Below are positions 58,637-64,000 of a DNA stretch of 64,000 nucleotides, in pieces. The position numbers and the translations under genes are program-made. Under the pieces are notes generated by a model. The model was not told the DNA's origin and made no database searches. It saw only the letters and a list, made by a program, of their open reading frames with translations. The stretch lies in assembly GCA_963716475.1 (NCBI GenBank), contig OY970314.1, forward strand, positions 436,790 to 500,789, given 5' to 3'. This DNA is from Candidatus Woesebacteria bacterium. Lineage in GTDB: Bacteria > Patescibacteriota > Microgenomatia > UBA8517. Every line of letters begins with the position of its first letter. The first letter of the stretch is position 1.

Positions 58637-59308
58637 TTACTGACTTAATTTCCCTGCGTGGGTCTTTCCGTCTGAAGCAAAAACTCCGTATCCATTCTGC
58701 CAGACAACATACGTCGAGGGGTCAGGTTGTTGAAAAGTGGTCATGGTTACGAAGAACACCCCTTTGGCAATGCCGTTTAATTCATAAGTAAACTTACCGT
58801 CAACTGAGGTTAGGGTTGTTACCCCGGATTGCAAATGAAAATCGGTTACGAGTTTCCCAATTAACTTTCCGCTCGCGTCCCTGAATTTGAGAGTCATTGT
58901 CCCCTGTTCCACGCCCGCATCATACCTGTATTTTCCGGAGGATTCCGAGCCCATCAATAAGGGTCTATCGATATCGGTTCCGTCCAATTTAACAGTTCCG
59001 GGAACGCCCTGTTGTCCGCCGTCGGTTGTACCGTAAACCAACTCGTAATCCATAGAAACGGCGCCCGTAACATTTATTTTTTGAACTTTAAAATCCAACC
59101 AGTGTCCGTCAGATCCTTTGACTTGGGGATTACTTGTCGGAATAAGCATAACTACCGGCCATTCAGCTTGCGGAAGATCCGGAACGCTTGCCTCTTCCTG
59201 GGCAGGTGAAACGGTTCCGCTCTTCTTACCCCTGGCTATAAAGAAAATGGCAACTAAAAGGATAATAAGCCCGGCACCGATTAGAATTAGCGGTAGAAAT
59301 TTTTTCAC
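58637..59308 (-). CDS. Membrane-anchored hypothetical protein
   Basis: N-terminal TM, beta-rich ectodomain; overlaps glyQS stop. Confidence 0.75.
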   Translation of the reverse strand: MKKFLPLILIGAGLIILLVAIFFIARGKKSGTVSPAQEEASVPDLPQAEWPVVMLIPTSNPQVKGSDGHWLDFKVQKINVTGAVSMDYELVYGTTDGGQQGVPGTVKLDGTDIDRPLLMGSESSGKYRYDAGVEQGTMTLKFRDASGKLIGKLVTDFHLQSGVTTLTSVDGKFTYELNGIAKGVFFVTMTTFQQPDPSTYVVWQNGYGVFASDGKTHAGKLSQ

Positions 59309-60603
59309 TTCAATTTATTTTCAAAGTATTCCTGAAGTTTGTCAATACCTAGCCTATCCTGCTTTGCCGTGTCCCTGTCGCGTACAGTCACGGTGGCATC
59401 GTCCAGAGACTGGAAATCGACAGTTACACACCACGGAGTTCCTATCTCATCCTGGGCAAAGTAGCGTTTGCCGATATTGCCCCTATCGTCCCATGCGGTA
59501 TTAAAATTCTTCTTCAAACCGGAGTAGACTTCCCGGGCCTTCTCGACAAGTTCCGGTTTATTCTTAAGCAGAGGAAATACTGCAATCTTATAGGGGGCCA
59601 GTTTCGGATTAAGTTTTAAAATTACCCGCTCACCATCTTCCCTATATGCATCAATTAAAAAGAAAAGCATGGCGCGATCTACCCCTCCTGAGGTTTCAAT
59701 GACCCAGGGGGTAAATTCCTCACCGGTTACTTCGTCTTTATATTTCAAACCATGATTTTTCAAATCAAAATCACCTCTGTGATGAATTCCTTCAAATTCG
59801 CTCCAACCGAAGGGTGCCTCATACTCAAGGTCTGTTGCATATCTTGCATAGTGAGCTCTTTTTTCGGGTTCATGATCATGAAATCTTAATTTATCAGGGT
59901 TAATTCCGAGATCAGAATACCATTTCTTCCTGGCTTCTTTCCAAAACTCAAAAGTTTCTTTGCTTTTCCCCTCATCGGGACGCACAAAATACTCAAGTTC
60001 CATTTGATCGAACTCGCGGTCGCGGAAAGTTAAGTTTCCCGGTGTAATTTCATTCCTAAAAGCTTTCCCTATTTGTGCAATTCCGAAAGGAATTTTCACA
60101 CGGGTTGAGTCAACTACATTTTTAAAATTAACAAAAACCCCCTGAGTAATTTCGCCCCTGAGATACGCCTTCTCCTTGGGTTCGACGGTCCCCAGGAGTA
60201 CTTCAGTTAAAGTATTAAATTGCTTTGGTTCAGTCCAATTTACCTTGCCATCATGCTCTTTTTCATGATTTTTAACCGCGGTCTCATCGTCTGCCTTAAA
60301 TCTTTTATGACAAACTTTACATTCAACTAGGGGGTCGGTAAATGCTTTGAGGTGGCCTGATTTTTCCCAAACGATAGGGTTCATGATCACGGCCGCATCC
60401 ATTCCAACAACATCCTCCCTGGAATAGACCATTGATCTCCACCACTGTCCCTTGATATTGTTTTTTAGCTCAACGCCGAGAGGACCGTAATCCCAAAAAC
60501 CCTGGTACCCGCCGTAAATTTCACTTCCCTGAAAAATAAATCCGCGGCGTTTCGCCAAAGAAGTAATTTTCTCCATCAGATCCAAATGATTATCAATATC
60601 CAT
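59305..60603 (-). CDS. glyQS: Glycyl-tRNA synthetase, alpha2 type
   Basis: KRRGF, DYGPLG, FRNEITP, REFDQME, IETSGGVDR, QDEIGTP. Confidence 0.95.
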   Translation of the reverse strand: MDIDNHLDLMEKITSLAKRRGFIFQGSEIYGGYQGFWDYGPLGVELKNNIKGQWWRSMVYSREDVVGMDAAVIMNPIVWEKSGHLKAFTDPLVECKVCHKRFKADDETAVKNHEKEHDGKVNWTEPKQFNTLTEVLLGTVEPKEKAYLRGEITQGVFVNFKNVVDSTRVKIPFGIAQIGKAFRNEITPGNLTFRDREFDQMELEYFVRPDEGKSKETFEFWKEARKKWYSDLGINPDKLRFHDHEPEKRAHYARYATDLEYEAPFGWSEFEGIHHRGDFDLKNHGLKYKDEVTGEEFTPWVIETSGGVDRAMLFFLIDAYREDGERVILKLNPKLAPYKIAVFPLLKNKPELVEKAREVYSGLKKNFNTAWDDRGNIGKRYFAQDEIGTPWCVTVDFQSLDDATVTVRDRDTAKQDRLGIDKLQEYFENKLK

Positions 60604-60619
60604 TACAAGAAGAATTATA

Positions 60620-60865
60620 TCAATTTTTTCTCTCAACTGTTACCGTACATTCGGTAACCAAAGCTGCGATAGCTCCGACGGCAGCCAGGACCGGGGCAAT
60701 GACGGCACCTATCACACCTAAGGTAAGAGGGAATGTCACCAGGTCTTTACCCTTTTTATCGGAAATCGTAATTCTTCTCACATTTCCTTCTTTGATAAGA
60801 GCTTTAACTTTTTTCAAAAGCTCCTCACCTTTAATCTCGTATTTTTCTTCCTTCACTCTCCCCAT
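60620..60865 (-). CDS. DUF4342-family small protein
   Basis: LIKEGNVRRI, PLTLG, APVLAAVGAIAAL, CTVTVER. Confidence 0.8.
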   Translation of the reverse strand: MGRVKEEKYEIKGEELLKKVKALIKEGNVRRITISDKKGKDLVTFPLTLGVIGAVIAPVLAAVGAIAALVTECTVTVERKN

Positions 60866-60881
60866 GAGTATTAATATATCA

Positions 60882-61355
60882 TTATTTATTCAAAATCCAA
60901 ACGGAGAAGTTAAGAATTGAAGCAAAACTCACCCAAATGATATACGGATAAAGCAGATAACTTGCGGTTTTATTAATCCTTCCAAGCGCTAAAATTGTTT
61001 TTAGAATAAAAATCCACATAAGAAGAATTACGACCAAAGCAAGGAATAGATTTCTGGCACCAAAAAATACCGGCGACCAAATTGCGTTTAGTGCAAGTTG
61101 AATTCCAAAAAGATAAAGCGCATCTCTCACCTTTTTTGTTTTAAGACCCTTTTGCCAAACCAGAGCCAAACTGATTCCCATCAAAATATAAAGGGCTGTC
61201 CAAACCGGCCCGAATATCCAGTTGGGAGGGCTAAAAGCGGGTTTATTTATGAAAGCATACCAAGTCGGAATCGAAGAAACCGTAAATATAGTTCCTACCG
61301 CACCCGCGGACAAACAAATAATAATTGATAGAACGTATCGGAGAAATTTGTTCAT
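60882..61355 (-). CDS. tspO: TspO/MBR tryptophan-rich sensory protein
   Basis: WY..INKPAFSPPNWIFGPVWTALY, LNAIWSPVFF, PYIIWVSFA..LN. Confidence 0.95.
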   Translation of the reverse strand: MNKFLRYVLSIIICLSAGAVGTIFTVSSIPTWYAFINKPAFSPPNWIFGPVWTALYILMGISLALVWQKGLKTKKVRDALYLFGIQLALNAIWSPVFFGARNLFLALVVILLMWIFILKTILALGRINKTASYLLYPYIIWVSFASILNFSVWILNK

Positions 61356-61481
61356 GATTTTAATGCATACCTCTTGCGATAACCACAAACCTATGTCGTA
61401 GGGCTGAGCAAGATACTATACCCGGCGTCAAAGTACCGTAGGCGTTTAGGCCTTGGTACTTTATACTAACTCTCTTGTATA

Positions 61482-62525
61482 ATGTTATGCAAGGTGAAAA
61501 GAAGGATTTTTGTGGGACTACTTTGTTTGGGAATTTTTATATTGGGTTTTGTCATGGCTTATCTTTCTTTAACTTTATCAAAAATATTTATTAAGAAACC
61601 GGCAACGTCACCCTCCCCTACCACAAATTCGTTTTCGCAAGCCTCTCCCGCCCCCGTAACTAACCCTAAGGGAGTTTTTAATTTAATATTTTTAGGCTAC
61701 GGCGGGGCAGGACATTCCGGTTCATACCTGACCGACAGCATGATTATCGTACATATTGACACCAATACGGGAAAGGCCGCTCTGATTTCAATCCCGAGAG
61801 ACCTTTGGGTTCAGGGAAATCACAAAATTAATGCCGAGGCTTCCATAAACGGTTTTCAAAATATCGGTAACACCATCCAAAACGTCACCGGACAACACAT
61901 TGATTATTTTGTATCGGTAGATTTCGGCGGATTTACTAAAATTATTGATGATCTGGGAGAAATTACTGTTGATGTTCCAAAGACTTTCGACGATCCGTTC
62001 TATCCAATCACGGGGCAGGAAAATAATACCTGCGGATTTACGGAGGATCAGATAAATGCACTAAAGGCAAAATATTCCGGCGCCCAACTTGAAATGCAAT
62101 TCACCTGCCGCTACGAACACCTGCATTTTAATCAGGGTTCTGCAAATCTTGACGGAACAACTGCATTAAAATTTGTCCGCTCCCGCCATGGTGACAGTGA
62201 TTTCGGTCGTAGTCTAAGGCAATTTGCAGTACTTATCGGAATCGAGAATAAATTAATCTCTCTTAAATCTCTGGGGAAACTGGATGACACAATAAACACA
62301 CTATCAAACATTATTCGGACCGATTTGACGGCAGGTACAATAAAAACCTTGATAAATGTGTTCGGGGATCCCGGTAAATATAAAATAAATCAAATCCAGA
62401 TAACTACGGATAACATCTTGAATGAGGGAACCAGCAGTGACGGTCAATATATCCTGATTCCGAAAGCCGGAATGTTTAACTTCACCGGAATTAAAAGTTA
62501 TATTACTACAAATATAAATTTATAA
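61482..62525 (+). CDS. LCP (LytR-CpsA-Psr) family glycopolymer transferase
   Basis: TM, LTDSM, SIPRDLWV, VDFGGF, FVRSRH, SDFGRS.RQ. Confidence 0.93.
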   Translation: MLCKVKRRIFVGLLCLGIFILGFVMAYLSLTLSKIFIKKPATSPSPTTNSFSQASPAPVTNPKGVFNLIFLGYGGAGHSGSYLTDSMIIVHIDTNTGKAALISIPRDLWVQGNHKINAEASINGFQNIGNTIQNVTGQHIDYFVSVDFGGFTKIIDDLGEITVDVPKTFDDPFYPITGQENNTCGFTEDQINALKAKYSGAQLEMQFTCRYEHLHFNQGSANLDGTTALKFVRSRHGDSDFGRSLRQFAVLIGIENKLISLKSLGKLDDTINTLSNIIRTDLTAGTIKTLINVFGDPGKYKINQIQITTDNILNEGTSSDGQYILIPKAGMFNFTGIKSYITTNINL

Positions 62526-63046
62526 TGGAAACGATAACTCTTGCAGGAGGTTGTTTTTGGTGCACTGAGGCAATTTTTTCTCAATTAAGAGGTATTACTA
62601 AAGTAAGCCCCGGGTATTCCGGAGGCTATGCCCAAAACCCGTCCTATGAAGAAGTCTCTACGGGAAAAACGGGTCATGCAGAAAGCATCCAAATTGTTTT
62701 TGACCCGAAAATAATTTCTTTAGATAAACTACTTTATGTTTTTTTCAAACTTCATGATCCGACATTACTGAATAGGCAAGGTTCGGATATCGGGACTCAA
62801 TATCGATCTGCAATATTCTTCCAAGGAAGCCAACAAAAAGCAGTAGCGCTAAAAGCCGGAGTTGAAGCTCAACATGACCATAAAGACCCGGTTGTGACAG
62901 AAATAACACCTTTAAAGAATTTTTTCCCGGCCGATCCTTCACATAAAGATTACTATTTCAAACACAGACTATCTCCTTATTGTATTCTGGTAATCGATCC
63001 AAAAATTAAGAAGTTGAAAAAAGAATTTAAAAGCTATATTTCTTAG
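62525..63046 (+). CDS. msrA: Peptide methionine sulfoxide reductase A
   Basis: GGCFWC, GYSGG, GHAE, HDPT, GTQYRS. Confidence 0.96.
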   Translation: METITLAGGCFWCTEAIFSQLRGITKVSPGYSGGYAQNPSYEEVSTGKTGHAESIQIVFDPKIISLDKLLYVFFKLHDPTLLNRQGSDIGTQYRSAIFFQGSQQKAVALKAGVEAQHDHKDPVVTEITPLKNFFPADPSHKDYYFKHRLSPYCILVIDPKIKKLKKEFKSYIS

Positions 63047-63057
63047 TACAACACCAG

Positions 63058-63324
63058 TTAAGTTTTTTCTTTATGTTTTCCGGAAATTCTGATCGGTATG
63101 TGGGAACGGAGCCAATTCCTGATTATCCTGGCATTTGTATCTTGATCAGGCAACTCCAATTGGGGACCAAGAATAACGGATAGGTTGTTACATCGGCCGT
63201 GATTAGGCTGATGATATGCGGACCTCACAAAGTGGTTTACCTTGTCGCAAGACCGCATATCGTTGACGTCGCTGCCAAAATCATCCAGCCCGCCCAGACT
63301 GTCTATGTCTTCTTTCCGGCCCAC
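63058..63324 (-). CDS. Hypothetical protein
   Basis: 88-aa GTG-start ORF filling the gap; no motif. Confidence 0.4.
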   Translation of the reverse strand: MGRKEDIDSLGGLDDFGSDVNDMRSCDKVNHFVRSAYHQPNHGRCNNLSVILGPQLELPDQDTNARIIRNWLRSHIPIRISGKHKEKT

Positions 63325-63412
63325 AAGGAGTTTATAATCCTATGAACCCCCTATCGACAACTGGCAAAAAATTTATAAAATGTAATTTCACTTAGTCTTC
63401 GGGAAAATATTT

Positions 63413-64000
63413 TCAATCGTTAAGAACGTAAACATCCTGCCTGGTATCGCTTACCCCGATTTTTTCTCCCTCTCCTTTTAAAATTCTTTCATACGGCCGG
63501 CAGGAATAGCACCCGTCTTTGGGGCACTTAAAATGATTAATTTGTCTGGCCAGCTTAATTCTCCTGGCAACCGTGTAAACTTTTTCAAAGGATTTATTTA
63601 TATCAGGCAATTTCTTTTCAATAAGACCATCGTCTCTGTCCAAATACCAATATGACACTCCTGAAACCTTTTTGCTTTGAGTATTTGTTGCCAATAGAAG
63701 ATATATGGGAAGCTGGAGCGAATCTTCAGGTTCTTCGTTTTTTCCGGTTTTAAAGTCAATTATATGAACCGAATCACCTTTTTCTTTATATTCCAGCCAG
63801 TCAATTTTACCGCAAAGAATAATATTATCTTCAACGCTAAGCCAATAGTTAGGAAGATTTATACTCGATTTAATTTTTATAGCCGGACGTACGATCGGCC
63901 CCGGGTTTTCCTGCAAATTAATAAGCATTTGCGTTCCCCTTTCCCTGTAAACCATCTCTTCCGAGTGTGTTTTAAAGCCTCCTTTTTTGCCCGTAATTTT
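63413..64000 (-). CDS. PD-(D/E)XK (RecB-like) nuclease family protein, 5' end beyond window
   Basis: GKID, IIDFKTG, LQLPIY, C-terminal C..C..C; frame open to position 64000. Confidence 0.85.
   Translation of the reverse strand, partial: KITGKKGGFKTHSEEMVYRERGTQMLINLQENPGPIVRPAIKIKSSINLPNYWLSVEDNIILCGKIDWLEYKEKGDSVHIIDFKTGKNEEPEDSLQLPIYLLLATNTQSKKVSGVSYWYLDRDDGLIEKKLPDINKSFEKVYTVARRIKLARQINHFKCPKDGCYSCRPYERILKGEGEKIGVSDTRQDVYVLND

Noticed and set aside
61425-61462. c-di-GMP-I riboswitch (AAAG..GGCCUAAAC resemblance)
   Set aside because: The P2 GAAA-tetraloop/GGGACGCAAA elements are missing; kept only as an unknown structured leader
1-64000. CRISPR array, rRNA, transposase/integrase, prophage
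   Set aside because: No regularly spaced repeats, rRNA-like sequence or recognisable mobile-element proteins found by eye
63413-64000. Cas4 call for the PD-(D/E)XK nuclease
   Set aside because: No cas genes or array in view and the gene is truncated; a generic RecB-like call is safer

Overview
Bacterial chromosome window. By inference it comes from a Patescibacteria/CPR (Microgenomates-like) genome: type-2 IleRS, alpha2-type GlyRS, archaeal-type GlmU, tRNA without encoded CCA, pilin-like exported protein, many apparently leaderless genes. Layout: (1) 1-12.4 kb AT-rich surface-glycan locus with nucleotide-sugar enzymes, sugar C- and O-methyltransferases, flippase and glycosyltransferases; (2) 12.4-24.6 kb mixed region with a thermonuclease pseudogene, lipase-like protein, tRNA-Val, IMPDH/GMPR gene, lepB, parB, rplU-rpmA, rodA, ileS; (3) 24.7-55.7 kb expanded dcw cluster (mraZ to ftsZ). 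The dcw cluster holds a MurC-MurB-MurD triple fusion broken by a +1 frameshift. Between ftsI and murE it carries a ~12.6 kb precursor-supply block: murA, yvcK/glmR, a structurally expanded glmS ribozyme, glmS, mshA-like GT, nagB, PP2C-like, glmU, HAD enzyme and a three-gene ATP-citrate lyase. (4) 56-64 kb: pentapeptide-repeat protein, TMTC-like GT, ArsR pseudogene, glyQS, tspO, LCP, msrA, nuclease. Top leads are the variant glmS ribozyme, the citrate-lyase/amino-sugar block, the MurCBD fusion, and a uORF plus alternative-hairpin element mimicking the rpmA start. No CRISPR array, rRNA or intact mobile element was seen. All calls come from motif reading; no searches were run.
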